Positions 24,094-35,074 of a stretch of DNA of 64,000 nucleotides are shown piece after piece. A model generated the notes under the pieces. It was given only the letters and a program-made list of their open reading frames with translations. It had not been told where the DNA came from and did not search any database. A program made the translations under genes and the position numbers. Numbering within the stretch: the stretch's first letter is position 1; every line of letters begins with the position of its first letter. The DNA is from Fimbriimonadales bacterium (lineage in GTDB: Bacteria; Armatimonadota; Fimbriimonadia; Fimbriimonadales; ATM1), in NCBI GenBank assembly GCA_051003155.1, contig JBPCLO010000026.1:32001-96000 (forward strand). Direction: 5' to 3'.

Positions 24094-25287
24094 CTAGCCG
24101 ATTAGCAATCCGAGCCGCGCGTCTCCCGCAGCATGATCCACATTTGCCGGAACTCGAACCAGCACGTCCGCGGCGCCTAGCGACCTAAGACCGAAAGAGC
24201 CTTGCTCGTGCACCCGGCGAGCGACAAGCCGACCGCTTTCTAGTCTGCTCTGGCACCGAACGAATTCGTCCCGGTCGCACTCGATGTGAGAGTCGAGGTA
24301 GCCAACCGGCACCCATCGTAAGGCCGAGCGCCCATGCCCTGCGAGACGCCCAATCGCCTCGCGAACAAGTATCTCGAAACAAACGAAGGCGCTCGCTGGG
24401 TTGCCAGGAAGGCCGAACAGAATTGCATTGCCCACCTTCCCAGCCAAGAACGGCTTTCCTGGCTTGACGCTAACTCCGTGAAGAATCACCTGACCAAGTT
24501 CGGCAGCGGCCGACGCGACGTGGTCATGCTCGCCGACAGACGCACCACCGGAAATGAGAACGATGTCGCTGATTTCGGAAGCCGCACGTATTCGGTCGAG
24601 AATTGCGCCTCGATCGTCTATTTCTGTCATCGCACCTACTATGACGGCGCCGGCGCTCCGTACCTGGCTCTCGAGCATCAACGTATTGCTGTCGTGCAGC
24701 TGCCAAGGATTTGGCTTTACACTTGGCGGGACGAGCTCGTCACCGGTTGTCAGGATCGTAACCCGAACACGCGTGAAGACCCTCGCCTCGACAATTCCCT
24801 GCGAAGCCAACAGAGCCAAGTTTCCCGGCCCGAGCGTCACCGACGGTGAAAGCAGCAGCTCGCCGGTGCCGAAATCGGCACCCAATCGTCGTACGTGATG
24901 CCCTGTCGAGACTCGTTCTCCCAGGATGGCCCCATCGCCCGTGATGGCAACGTCTTCTTGCATGGCGACACCGTATACATTCTCGGGCAGGGGGCTTCCG
25001 GTGAACACACGCAGGGCCGCGCCGCGAGGAATGTTCGGCGGTGGCGCGTCCCCGGCAGCGCTTACTCCGCACACTGACAAGACTCTTCCAGGCTCCACGT
25101 CCTCTTCGTTTCCGACAGCGTATCCATCGACCGCCGAATTGGTGAACGGAGGCACCGGCCGGATTGCGTAAACCGGTTCGGCGAGAGCCCGACCTGCGAA
25201 ATCGCCTTCGGCAACGATTTCCGCCCCCGCCGTTGGAAGAGCGCCGGCAATCGCCTCGCATGCTTCCTCGTAGGTCAGCAAGGTCAT
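24094..25287 (-). CDS. moeA: Molybdopterin molybdotransferase
   Basis: SAVDGYA, TTGDEL, SGGASVG, KPGKP, LPGNP. Confidence 0.95.
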   Translation of the reverse strand: MTLLTYEEACEAIAGALPTAGAEIVAEGDFAGRALAEPVYAIRPVPPFTNSAVDGYAVGNEEDVEPGRVLSVCGVSAAGDAPPPNIPRGAALRVFTGSPLPENVYGVAMQEDVAITGDGAILGERVSTGHHVRRLGADFGTGELLLSPSVTLGPGNLALLASQGIVEARVFTRVRVTILTTGDELVPPSVKPNPWQLHDSNTLMLESQVRSAGAVIVGAMTEIDDRGAILDRIRAASEISDIVLISGGASVGEHDHVASAAAELGQVILHGVSVKPGKPFLAGKVGNAILFGLPGNPASAFVCFEILVREAIGRLAGHGRSALRWVPVGYLDSHIECDRDEFVRCQSRLESGRLVARRVHEQGSFGLRSLGAADVLVRVPANVDHAAGDARLGLLIG

Positions 25288-26567
25288 TTGCCACGCACGA
25301 TCGCGCGTTCAGCAGGGTTGATGATAGCCGTCGCTCTCATAAGCGTTGCAGGCGTCAGAGTGATTTGGCCGCTTCGCATAACAGCGAGGCCCGATTCCTC
25401 GCTCACTTCTAAGGCGAGTTGTAGCCGTCCCGCGCTTCGCCACGCCAACGGAAGCTTGGATTTGGCGGCCGTGACGACAACGGAGCCACCTGTGAGTGCC
25501 AATGGTAGCATTGTCTGGAAGGGCAGCATTTCGAGGTTCACATTCGTGAGCCGCTTGCGCCCGGTCAGTTTGAGCTCGACGGCTATTCCCTTCGATGCGT
25601 GATCGGCGCTCATCAGAAGCGTCCACTTGGCGAATTCATTTGAACCGCCAAGCTCGACGCCACGCGGCGTAACGCCTTTGACTTTCGACCAAAAGGGAAT
25701 CGAGCCACCGGAGGAAGGGACCAATTGGCCAAGCTGCTGCAAGATCCCCAGTTCCGCTCCGTCATCCGTCGTTAGCAGCGCCGGGCCGAAATCAAGGTCC
25801 GTCTCGTGCGCCGTCATCCGCAACGAACGGCTCCCAACCGAGTACCACCGTCTGCCGGACACGACGCTCTGAACGGGGCGTCCCTCAGCGCTCGGAACGT
25901 GCCGAAGTGTTGCGCCCTCGGCTTTGATAACCCCCCCAGGGTATTCGTATTCGATCTCAAACGGGGAGTACGCCCCGCGCTGCTTTAGGATCGGGAACGA
26001 CACTCCCGTGGAATCGCCAACCTCCAACATGCGCACCCTCACCTCGTGCCGATGCTCCTCCACCAAGTCGTGGTGTGTCGTGACCAGCCGTGCGATCTGG
26101 CTATCGATAACCTCAGAGCCGGTATTCCGAATATCGCACAGAATTTCGAACGGCTTGCCCGGCTGCCTGAACGCCGCGGTCGAACGGATATTCAGAATCC
26201 GTGCGCGAGCCCCTACCGGCATAACGAGGACCCTGGCTATCCCCACGTGGTGGCCCGGCCGCGCCGTCACCTGAACGCGAACCCGGCCTTCGGTCGGGAC
26301 GACTTCACCCGACTGATCCGGCTTGAGCAAGGAATTTGCGCCGATCACGGCAAGATCGCAGTCGCCACGGATTGCGCGCTCTACCTCTACATGGTAGGCC
26401 GCACCGGGAACGACAGTAAGAGGCTCGCTGCATATCGCCGCGCTGTGGCTCTCGCCGGCGAGCATCACAAATCGCTTGGTCTCGTTGCGAACGAAGGTAA
26501 CCCCGCTGGGAGTGCTCTCCCACTCGCTCAGGCCGGCTTCGAATGATCCGTTGGGAATAAGGTTCAT
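25284..26567 (-). CDS. Hypothetical protein with CBM-like and Ig/CARDB-like segments
   Basis: NLIPNGSFE N-terminus; IRNTGSE; overlaps moeA start by 4 nt. Confidence 0.6.
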   Translation of the reverse strand: MNLIPNGSFEAGLSEWESTPSGVTFVRNETKRFVMLAGESHSAAICSEPLTVVPGAAYHVEVERAIRGDCDLAVIGANSLLKPDQSGEVVPTEGRVRVQVTARPGHHVGIARVLVMPVGARARILNIRSTAAFRQPGKPFEILCDIRNTGSEVIDSQIARLVTTHHDLVEEHRHEVRVRMLEVGDSTGVSFPILKQRGAYSPFEIEYEYPGGVIKAEGATLRHVPSAEGRPVQSVVSGRRWYSVGSRSLRMTAHETDLDFGPALLTTDDGAELGILQQLGQLVPSSGGSIPFWSKVKGVTPRGVELGGSNEFAKWTLLMSADHASKGIAVELKLTGRKRLTNVNLEMLPFQTMLPLALTGGSVVVTAAKSKLPLAWRSAGRLQLALEVSEESGLAVMRSGQITLTPATLMRATAIINPAERAIVRGK

Positions 26568-26636
26568 AGGGCTTAGTCGTCCTCATTTTGACGCCTGAGC
26601 GAACGAGTTAACCGCCAGGGTGGCCTCGCTCAAACA

Positions 26637-26669
26637 AAAGGTGGGCCGAGCATTCGCCCAGCCCACTTT
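26637..26669 (-). terminator. Rho-independent terminator
   Basis: Minus strand gtgggc..gcccac with T-run, after the PEP-CTERM gene. Confidence 0.55.
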
Positions 26670-26697
26670 GGCCTCTTTGCTGTCGCTATACTAAGCC

Positions 26698-27258
26698 TCA
26701 GGATTTCCGCCGCCGGAGCAGGAACGCCCCCAGGCCCAAAGATACAGCCACGATTGACCCCGGCTCAGGTACTGCCTCTACAGAGACATCGTCGATGAAA
26801 TTAAAAGAGGGAACGTCGTAGCTACCAATTCGCAGTTCCGATCCGTTGGTTGTGGCGGCGACCTGAAGCGTCACCTCTTCCCAGGATCCTTCTACAGTCG
26901 TTACGGGAGTCATGTCCAGGACGACGAATCCTTCCCACCAGATCTGGAGGCTGTCGTCCCCCTGCCCGCCATTGAGCACCCAAATCGAAACGTCGTAGCT
27001 TATGCCAGCGGACGTGGCAAGGCTTTGAAATATCTCGTCGTGCTCGAACTCAACTGCCCCAAAATATGCGAAGAACTCCCCGCTGTGTCCGCCTCCACCT
27101 GCGACACCGAATAACGAGCCGGAACCGGCCGGGTCGAGCCCCCAGGACGTGAAGTCGCCGGTCTCGAAGCCGCCGTTGACGACCAGGTTAGCGTGTGCCA
27201 CGCCCGACAAAACCGCGAGCGCCGCCAGTGACGTAAAGCGTATCTTCTTGATATTCAT
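26698..27258 (-). CDS. PEP-CTERM sorting-domain protein (CBM-like)
   Basis: Signal peptide; NLVVNGGFE; VPEPG, TM helix, RRRKS. Confidence 0.92.
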   Translation of the reverse strand: MNIKKIRFTSLAALAVLSGVAHANLVVNGGFETGDFTSWGLDPAGSGSLFGVAGGGGHSGEFFAYFGAVEFEHDEIFQSLATSAGISYDVSIWVLNGGQGDDSLQIWWEGFVVLDMTPVTTVEGSWEEVTLQVAATTNGSELRIGSYDVPSFNFIDDVSVEAVPEPGSIVAVSLGLGAFLLRRRKS

Positions 27259-27654
27259 TTGATGTTCCTCCCGACCTTTTCGAAGTCGTCATTCTTTAGT
27301 GCAGATGCACTGTTAATCTATACGACGATGAGCTAGGCAGTGGCGCCCGACATGTCAAAAAACTCGGAGAGTGTGACCATCCCGGGCGGCTTCACACGCA
27401 ACTACTAGCGGCGCAGGAGCAGGAACGCCCCGGGCGCAGAAGGGGGAAACGCCGTCTGGGAAGGGGGAAGTGTCGGTCAGGAATGATGGCAGCGTGCGGG
27501 GCTGGTCGAGCGAATGCACTTCGGCCTAGGCTACCTTTCCCCTGGCCACTTCGAGGCTGGCAACGGGAGACTGGTTCTAAGTAGGTGTTCGACTCTTCCT
27601 GCGCATTCCAGTGCACACAGGTACAGATATGCTACTGGCTAAAGACAAGTAAAT

Positions 27655-29967
27655 GTGACGCCGAACCTGCGCCATACTTCTCCTCGTGATGTCGGCGACC
27701 TCACGGAGCTACCCTTGGAACTAGAACTGCCGCCCGAAACGCTTGTTGGGGATCGCTACCGAATCGAACGAACTCTCGGCCGCGGCGGCTTCGCAATCGC
27801 GTATCTCGCCCAGGATGAGTTGGCTGACCGGCGAGTAGTGCTGAAAGAGCTTGCGCCCACCGGTTCGCTGAGGCAAGACGGACGTCTCCGCCTGCCAGAG
27901 ACGACGGCCAACGCGGCCCACAGGATCATCCACCAGTTTCTTCGAGAGGCCAAGCTACTCGCAAGGTTGCGAATTGCTGGGGTGGTGCAGATTTACGATG
28001 CCTTCCAGGAGAACGGCACGGTCTACGCGTCGATGGAGTTCGTGGAGAATGCCACGACGCTGGAGAGCCTGCTGAGCTCGAAAGGCCCTCTGGATCCGGA
28101 GCGCGTCCGAACCATGCTGCTCTCAATAGCCGGGACGCTCCATCTTGTGCACGCGCAGGGTTATCTTCATCGGGACATCAAACCGTCGAACGTGCTCGTG
28201 CTGCCCGGAGACCAGCCGGTGCTCATCGACTTCGGAGCTGCGCGCGAGTGGCAAGCCGATGCGACCGTCTCACACACCTCATTGTTCACCCCAGGCTACG
28301 CGCCGATCGAGCAATTGAGCGAGCTTGGTCGGCGCGGACCACCAACGGACATCTATTCGCTCGCCGCAATGGGTTATGAAATGCTCGTCGGTATCCCGCC
28401 CCCATCTTCTGTGGACCGAGTCTCCGGGGCAACCATCCGCCCGGTCGATTCATTCCGTGGCGATGTTCCGTGCGAGCTCATGGCTGCCATAAACGCAGGG
28501 CTCGCGTTGAAGGCAGCCGACCGGCCCGCCACGGCCGCAAAATTCTCGCAGCTGCTCGCGGCGGCTGCAGTGTCCGCGGCTCACGAGACGAGCGATGTCG
28601 AGCGAATGGACAACGCCATGCTCGAACTCAAGAAGCTAAAGGTCGGTAGGAACGAATGCCCGTCCTGCGGCGGCCTGATGGACGAACCGACGCCGTTGAA
28701 AGTGGGTGCCTGCCCAGTTTGCCGAGAGGGGCGGATTCGCCCGAGAAATCTCGACTCGAGAATGTGTCCCGTTTGCCGAACGGGGATGCTCGCCAAAGAG
28801 CGCAACCACGATCCGATGATCTACTGCCCGCTTTGCAAGTTCGGCCGCCTAGCGCAGCAGGGCCTACTGAGGAGGAATAGGTACGAGTGCTCCTCCTGCT
28901 CCGCGACGTTTACTGTTCCCCGTCGTGGCGAACTTGCGCTGGTGTCGCCGCCGCCGCGGCCGGGGTTGGTCGAACAAGGACAAACCGGAACAGAGGTCGA
29001 CTTTTGGCTCCCACTTAGCGGGCGGTCGGATGTTGTGTTTCGTTGCGATGGATGCAACGCTCAGTGGGACTCGTGGCCCTCAGGTGATATGAAGCTGGTC
29101 AAGGTCTTCGAGGACCCGCTTGGAGTTGCCAAAAAGCATAGGTCACTCACGTCGGACGAATGGGCGCGCGTCGCCGCGCGGTTGAATCTTGATGCCGGCA
29201 ATGTAGTTTGCGATCGATGCGGGGCGGACTTCTACACCGAAGGTGACAGCCTCACCCTTATCGATGCGGAGGTCGACTACTTCGGTTTCCTTGCCCACTA
29301 TCAGGGGCGTCGGCTGGGGCTCGACCGTCTTCGATGGATCGCGGTCGGTAAAGCGAGCGGCCATCCAGGGCCGGCTTGCGACACGTGCGATATGGAGTTC
29401 GACCGTGAGGGAGACTATTTGCGCCTTCGCTTTACGCAGAATGACGAGTTAGCCCCGCACACTGATCAGGCTTGGCCGTTTGAAGACTGGCATCGCCTCT
29501 CGCGGTCGCTTCCCACAAGAGAGGATGAGCCCGAGTTCTTAGAGCGGTTCTACGAAACGTTGCGGAAGGCTGTCGTTCAAGGCGAACTTACACCGTTCAG
29601 CCGGCGCGGCCATGGATTGCGCTGGGACGCAGCAGCCGAGGTTGTCACCCTTGAAGGCGACGAATGGGTCACATCAGCAAAGGGAAAACTGACCTTGGGA
29701 GACGGAATGTTGGAGTTCGCCGCGAGAAAGAGACCCTTGAAAGTGCCGATCGACGCGATTATCGACGCTTCCGCAGAGAACGATGTTCTAACCCTCCGCC
29801 TCAGGGGCCAGAGTGAGACGATGGATTTGTTCATTGAACCTATTGGCGTACGCTTTGACATAACGTCGGGCCGGCATGAGTTGACGCTGACGGCACAAGA
29901 CTGTGCCGAAACGATCACGATCCTGAGGCGGGAACTTGCTGGAACAAAAACCCCGGCCTCCGAGTAA
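27655..29967 (+). CDS. Hanks-type Ser/Thr kinase with Cys-rich C-terminal region
   Basis: LGRGGF, VVLKE, HRDIKPSN, DFG, GYAPIE; 8 CxxC motifs. Confidence 0.9.
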   Translation: MTPNLRHTSPRDVGDLTELPLELELPPETLVGDRYRIERTLGRGGFAIAYLAQDELADRRVVLKELAPTGSLRQDGRLRLPETTANAAHRIIHQFLREAKLLARLRIAGVVQIYDAFQENGTVYASMEFVENATTLESLLSSKGPLDPERVRTMLLSIAGTLHLVHAQGYLHRDIKPSNVLVLPGDQPVLIDFGAAREWQADATVSHTSLFTPGYAPIEQLSELGRRGPPTDIYSLAAMGYEMLVGIPPPSSVDRVSGATIRPVDSFRGDVPCELMAAINAGLALKAADRPATAAKFSQLLAAAAVSAAHETSDVERMDNAMLELKKLKVGRNECPSCGGLMDEPTPLKVGACPVCREGRIRPRNLDSRMCPVCRTGMLAKERNHDPMIYCPLCKFGRLAQQGLLRRNRYECSSCSATFTVPRRGELALVSPPPRPGLVEQGQTGTEVDFWLPLSGRSDVVFRCDGCNAQWDSWPSGDMKLVKVFEDPLGVAKKHRSLTSDEWARVAARLNLDAGNVVCDRCGADFYTEGDSLTLIDAEVDYFGFLAHYQGRRLGLDRLRWIAVGKASGHPGPACDTCDMEFDREGDYLRLRFTQNDELAPHTDQAWPFEDWHRLSRSLPTREDEPEFLERFYETLRKAVVQGELTPFSRRGHGLRWDAAAEVVTLEGDEWVTSAKGKLTLGDGMLEFAARKRPLKVPIDAIIDASAENDVLTLRLRGQSETMDLFIEPIGVRFDITSGRHELTLTAQDCAETITILRRELAGTKTPASE

Positions 29968-29983
29968 GAGCTAAAATCCGACT

Positions 29984-31795
29984 ATGCCGACAGCCGCCGA
30001 AATGACTTATCCCAAGGTTCGCTGGGATCTCAGCACGCTCTTCTCCGGAATCGACGATCCGAAGATCGAGCAGATCCTCGAATGGGCGTCCAAAGAAGCG
30101 GACGCATTCGCCGAAGCGTATCGCGGCAGAATAGACGACGCGGGTCTGTCCGCCGAGACCTTGCTCTCCGGAATCACCTCGCTGGAGCGCATCTCAAACG
30201 AACTGAGCAAACCGCTTAGCTATGGCCAGCTGCTTTTCTCAACCGACACCGGTGACGCCAAGATCGGCGCGTTCATGCAGCGCATGCAAGAGCGGTGCAC
30301 GGATATCCAGGTCAAGCTGCTGTTCTTTGAATTGGAGCTTCAGAAGCTGCCCAGTGAAACTCTGAACAAGCTTCTTGATAACGAGGGCCTCGCCAAGTAC
30401 GCTCACTGGATCAACCAAGTTCGCGTTTACTCGCCTCACCGCTTGAGCGAACCCGAGGAGGTCGTGCTCGAAAAGACCTCTAATACGGGCAACCGCGCTT
30501 GGGTGAGGTTGTTCGAGGAGGTCACCGCGAACCATCGGTGCACACTTAAGCGCCCTGACGGACCGACGGAGGACCTTAGCATCGAAGAGACGGTCGCCCT
30601 ACTCCGGGACCCCGATCGCGGTGTTCGCCAAGCGGCGGCGGATGCGCTAACCTCGGGGCTCACCTCGCTCGAGCGAGTGCTCGTTTTCACCTACAACAAC
30701 CTGCTTCAAGACAAGAAGATCGACGACGAGATCCGAAGCTACGGATACGCCGAAAAGAGCCGCCACCTGGCCAACGAACTGGACAAGGAGACTGTCGACC
30801 TCGTCGTCTCCCTTTGCGCCGAGAACTTTGGCCTCGTGGGGCGCTTTTACAATGTCAAGCGAGAAATACTCGGTCTGCCGAAGCTCACCCACATCGACCG
30901 CTACGCTCCGCTTTTCGATACCGAGGAGCAGGTCGAATTCGAGCGCGCCAAGAATATCGTCCTGCAATCCTTCGGCGCCTTTTCGGAGGACGTCGCCGGA
31001 CGTGCGGAGGAGTTCTTCGACAACAAGTGGATCGACGCGGAGCCGCGTCCAGGCAAGGGCGGCGGCGCCTTCTGCAGCTACAACACGCCCGACACGCACC
31101 CGGTCGTATTCATGAGCTACCTCAACAAGATGGACGACGTAATGACCCTCGCGCACGAGCTTGGCCATGGCGTCCACGCCAGTTATAGCCGCGACCAGAG
31201 CCTCTTCAACTTCCACGGCACGCTTCCGTTGGCGGAACTGGCGAGCACGTTCGGCGAGATGCTGGTATTCGAGAACTTGGTGAAGGAAGCGAGCGCTAAG
31301 GACAAACTCGCGCTCTATGCCGAGAAAATCGAAGGGGTCTTTGCGACGGTCTTCAGGCAAGCCGCCATGTTCCGATTCGAGCAGGCTTGCCACGCTCACC
31401 GCCGCGAGAAGGGCGAGCTATCGGCGGCGGAGTTCGGGGACTTGTGGCAGAGAAACTTGCAGGCGATGTTCGGCGATTCGGTCGAGCTTGGCGAGCAGCA
31501 CTCCAGCTGGTGGAGCTATGTTGGGCACTTCATCTTCGCGCCGTTTTACGTGTACGCGTATTCGTTCGGCGAGCTGTTGGTCCTTTCTCTTTACCAGATG
31601 GCCAAGCGCGAAGGCCAGCCGTTCGCGGATCGGTACGTCGAACTGCTCAAGCTCGGCGGGTCGAAGACGCCGAAGGAGTTGATGGCTTTGATGGATATCG
31701 ACCTTCAGAGCCGTTCCTTCTGGCAAGGCGGCTTCGCAGCGATGGAGAGCCTGGTCGCGGAGTTCGAAAAGCTCCGCGCAGAGCATAAGGGGTGA
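29984..31795 (+). CDS. Oligoendopeptidase F (M3B)
   Basis: HELGHGVH zinc motif, GKGGGAFC, FYVYAY. Confidence 0.92.
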   Translation: MPTAAEMTYPKVRWDLSTLFSGIDDPKIEQILEWASKEADAFAEAYRGRIDDAGLSAETLLSGITSLERISNELSKPLSYGQLLFSTDTGDAKIGAFMQRMQERCTDIQVKLLFFELELQKLPSETLNKLLDNEGLAKYAHWINQVRVYSPHRLSEPEEVVLEKTSNTGNRAWVRLFEEVTANHRCTLKRPDGPTEDLSIEETVALLRDPDRGVRQAAADALTSGLTSLERVLVFTYNNLLQDKKIDDEIRSYGYAEKSRHLANELDKETVDLVVSLCAENFGLVGRFYNVKREILGLPKLTHIDRYAPLFDTEEQVEFERAKNIVLQSFGAFSEDVAGRAEEFFDNKWIDAEPRPGKGGGAFCSYNTPDTHPVVFMSYLNKMDDVMTLAHELGHGVHASYSRDQSLFNFHGTLPLAELASTFGEMLVFENLVKEASAKDKLALYAEKIEGVFATVFRQAAMFRFEQACHAHRREKGELSAAEFGDLWQRNLQAMFGDSVELGEQHSSWWSYVGHFIFAPFYVYAYSFGELLVLSLYQMAKREGQPFADRYVELLKLGGSKTPKELMALMDIDLQSRSFWQGGFAAMESLVAEFEKLRAEHKG

Positions 31796-31894
31796 TCGCT
31801 CGAAAATCTCCGTTGGAATCCATGATGCTGGGTTGAGAGGTGGAGTAGATATCGACCTCGCCACGACGAGCACATCCATGCCAGGATTCGCAAC

Positions 31895-32644
31895 ATGATC
31901 GCAGTGCTTGCTGCATCCGTCTTGTTATGCGCGCAGCACGGCGTAGCCTCGCCAAAGGAGTTCCCGCCGATAAAGCTTCTTCAAGGATACAAACCGGCCA
32001 AGTCCACCGCAGCTGCAAGGCAGTACACCCGCGAGTACAAGATCAACCTCGAACGTGCCCACAAAGGGATTGAAAGGCAGTTCGGCCCAGGATACGCTTA
32101 CCGCGAGGGTGGGTACGGATGGGGATTTGGAGAGATTCACAAACACGCCGGCCGCCTCAAATTTCTCAATAACTGGGCTCGCAAAGCCCATCCTCGGCGC
32201 TGGGTAAGCTTTCGGCCCACGATGACGATAAACGTTCTTCCGCTGATTGAGCACCAAGAAGGTACTTATTTCTCGGTGCCCGGCATGGCCGCCGTCACCG
32301 TCCAAGTCGATTGGAGCCTCCACTTCGAAGGGCGTCGGGCTAAGGCCGCATACCTACGATTATCGCGCGGAGCGACGTTTTTGTCCGGCGCGTACGATGT
32401 GTCCCTATTACCTGATGGCCGAGCGTCGGGAGCAATGAATTCTTCTCATTTTCCGGGGATCTGGAAGGCTGCAGGCATCCCCGCTAAGCGAGGCAAGCCC
32501 GCCATAGTCACCAAGATTTACGTTCGCTTGGAAAACGGCATCAAGCTTCATGGAACTGTATCCGGTTCACCACGCTCGATGGATCAAGTCCGCGAGTTCG
32601 TTACGAAAACCGGTGAAGAGCGCCTTGTTTGGAAAAAGCAGTAG
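31895..32644 (+). CDS. Secreted hypothetical protein
   Basis: 249-aa ORF with signal peptide-like N-terminus. Confidence 0.55.
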   Translation: MIAVLAASVLLCAQHGVASPKEFPPIKLLQGYKPAKSTAAARQYTREYKINLERAHKGIERQFGPGYAYREGGYGWGFGEIHKHAGRLKFLNNWARKAHPRRWVSFRPTMTINVLPLIEHQEGTYFSVPGMAAVTVQVDWSLHFEGRRAKAAYLRLSRGATFLSGAYDVSLLPDGRASGAMNSSHFPGIWKAAGIPAKRGKPAIVTKIYVRLENGIKLHGTVSGSPRSMDQVREFVTKTGEERLVWKKQ

Positions 32645-32938
32645 CACGGCGCAGCGGCAAGGCGCATTCGCAGTCGCCCGGGGGCACCTGTCTCCCATTG
32701 GCGGCATCCAAATTGCGTTTTGGGACAGCGAAATTCGCGTCTTTACCATCCAAATTCGAGTTTGGGAGATCGCGCTTGCAGTTATCGCTAGCATCGTCCA
32801 GAATGGGATGGCAGACGTGACAAATGGGACATATCGAAGCGAAGAAAATACAAACGGAGGAAGATCTTTGATGCCACACGCCTTCCACGGGGTGTGGCAG
32901 GAGAAGAATCACCGATGGCAATGGGCGAAAGTAGGACT

Positions 32939-33040
32939 ATGTCCCGCGGGCTGACGCGGTGGAGGAATCCGGACGAGGCGAATGCGACTGTGTTCGTGAC
33001 CACGACGGTTCTCGGGTTCACTCCCTTGTTCGCTCACCCG
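32939..33040 (+). pseudogene. Possible N-terminal remnant of a Y1 (RAYT/IS200-like) transposase
   Basis: ATVFVTTTVLGFTPLF resembles the RAYT N-terminal strand; no HUH motif follows. Confidence 0.3.
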
Positions 33041-33094
33041 TCCGCATGGCAGCCCACACCCGGTGGAAGGGCGTGGAATCAGCGGAACGGGCTA

Positions 33095-33384
33095 TCAGGT
33101 CAGAAAGCTCGCGCACGGGATGTATGCAGCCCAGTCGAAGTCGAGGGCTCCAGTTTGCCCTTGTGATACTTTTTGGCGTAAGGCTTTCGTGAAAGGCAAA
33201 ACCGTGTGCTGAAGCCTTTGAAGGTCGTCGCCTCGCGGTCTACCGTGACTCGGGCGGCTGCGTTTTCGCCCACCCCGTGAGTCGAATTCACCGCGATGAT
33301 CACGGCATTCTCGAATTCTTCCGCAAGGAGATGCGAAGCAATGCCGTGGAACTTGACCGCCTCGGTCCAGTTAACCGTGATCAT
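33095..33384 (-). pseudogene. Copy 1 of a 96-aa hypothetical ORF, with a 1-bp deletion
   Basis: Paralogue of 36642-36932; gagccctcgac vs gagccgctcgac; restoring one base gives the same FLT* end. Confidence 0.65.
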
Positions 33385-33590
33385 CGCGCGGGTGCCAGCG
33401 TGACGAGGAAGTACCCGGGTTATCCCGAAGCGGGGCGACCGGGTCGGCGAAACCAGCAACATCGCGGCGGTTTACTGGTAGCTGAAGCAGGGGCCTTCGG
33501 GCTCTTGCTTTGCTTTGTGATCGCTCGCAAATAGGCGATACACGATTCCTCTTGCACGTACAGGTATCCTCACGCGTAAGAAGGTGCACC

Positions 33591-35017
33591 ATGAAAAGCT
33601 TATTGCAAATCTCATCTGGCGTAACGTCGATCACCAAGATGGGCGTAAGACTCGCAGTTCTTCTCTCCGGATTCTCCATCGCCGCGTGCGCCCTCGGCCA
33701 GGGAATGCTGGAACCAGTATGGATCCATCCACAGGATTCCGCAGAGGAGTCGCTGATCTCCTCCGACGCGACTTTCGTCTTCTTCAGCGGCGTCCAATCC
33801 GTCAGCGGCCGAGAGGGCCAGGTACGGGATCTTGCGACCGGCGCCATCATGAGCACGAACCCGGGCATTCGCGACATCTCGCTGTCTGCCGATGGCAGAT
33901 ACTTGTCCGCACTTGGCGACGGCCCACCGGCGGTGTATCGGGTAGCGAACGGCGAGTTCGTCTGGGGGCCCCATTTTGGAGCCAATCGTGAGATCGACGG
34001 CGTTAAATTGTCGCCGACTGGCGAATTCGTTTACCTTCGATCTTGGGACGTTGTCAAGGAGAGCGGGTCGGCTGTGTCAAAGGTCAGAGTGGGAGCCGGA
34101 TCGGAGTGGTCGATTGTGTTTCCCCACGGTGTTCTTCCAAGTAAGCCAACGCTCTCACCCGATGGATCTCGCGGTGCATTTACTTTCGGTACTAACCTGT
34201 ATTTCTTCGATACCGATGGCAACTTCGAGTTTTTCCGATCCAGGAAGGTGGACCTACCCAGTTCGCGGGGCCGGACAAAGTTGCCGTGCAGGGGAGCTTG
34301 GTGAGAATTTACAATTCTAACACCGGCCAGCACATCGGCGATATGCCCGGAACCAGTCAGGTTTCATTCGATGCGGCAGGAAGGTTTGCTGCGTGGGGGA
34401 TCGTCCTGTCTATTTACGATGTAAACACGTTGACAAAGCTCGGAACCTACAACGTCCGTGCTGAAGGATCAGACATTTCGGATGACGGGCGATACATTTC
34501 CACCCCAAGGTTAATCAACGGCGGGTTCGCGGTGTGGCTTAATCCGCATTCCGGAATCATTGGAACTCCCAACGCGTTCTCGATCTTCCGTGGCGGATTG
34601 ATCTCCGGTAACCTCGCATCGCTCGTGAGGGATGACAATTCCAGATTGACCGTTCGCCCCGGGCCTGTCTTCGTCAATTCGCAGTCGCCAATCCACGTGA
34701 TCGTGGACTCGACCGTCCCTCCCGGATCGGTATCGAGCTTACGGATGCTTCTCGACGGAAGAGCCGCGTCGACGAATATCGAACAGCGCATCGAGTTCTA
34801 CGACTTCGTCGCCGGCGCATATCAGACCGTGGACCTGAGGCAAGCAACGACAGCCGATTCGCTCGCTGTCGCGAACGCTGGCGCCAACCCGGGCAGGTTC
34901 GTGCAAGCTGTCACCGGCAAAGTGAGATCGAGGATTCGATACAAAGCGTCCGGGCCGATTTTCCAATATCCGTGGACGATCGGTATCGACTACATGTCGT
35001 GGCGCTTAGATCGATAG
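33591..35017 (+). CDS. Secreted beta-propeller-like protein, copy A, frameshifted at a T5 run (34230-34234)
   Basis: Paralogue of 35075-36544; one extra T joins the frames and gives QFAGPDKVA, matching SFAGPDKVA in copy B. Confidence 0.75.
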
Positions 35018-35074
35018 GCGATACACGATTGCACTTGCACGTACAGGTATCCTCACGTGTAAGGAAGGTACACC

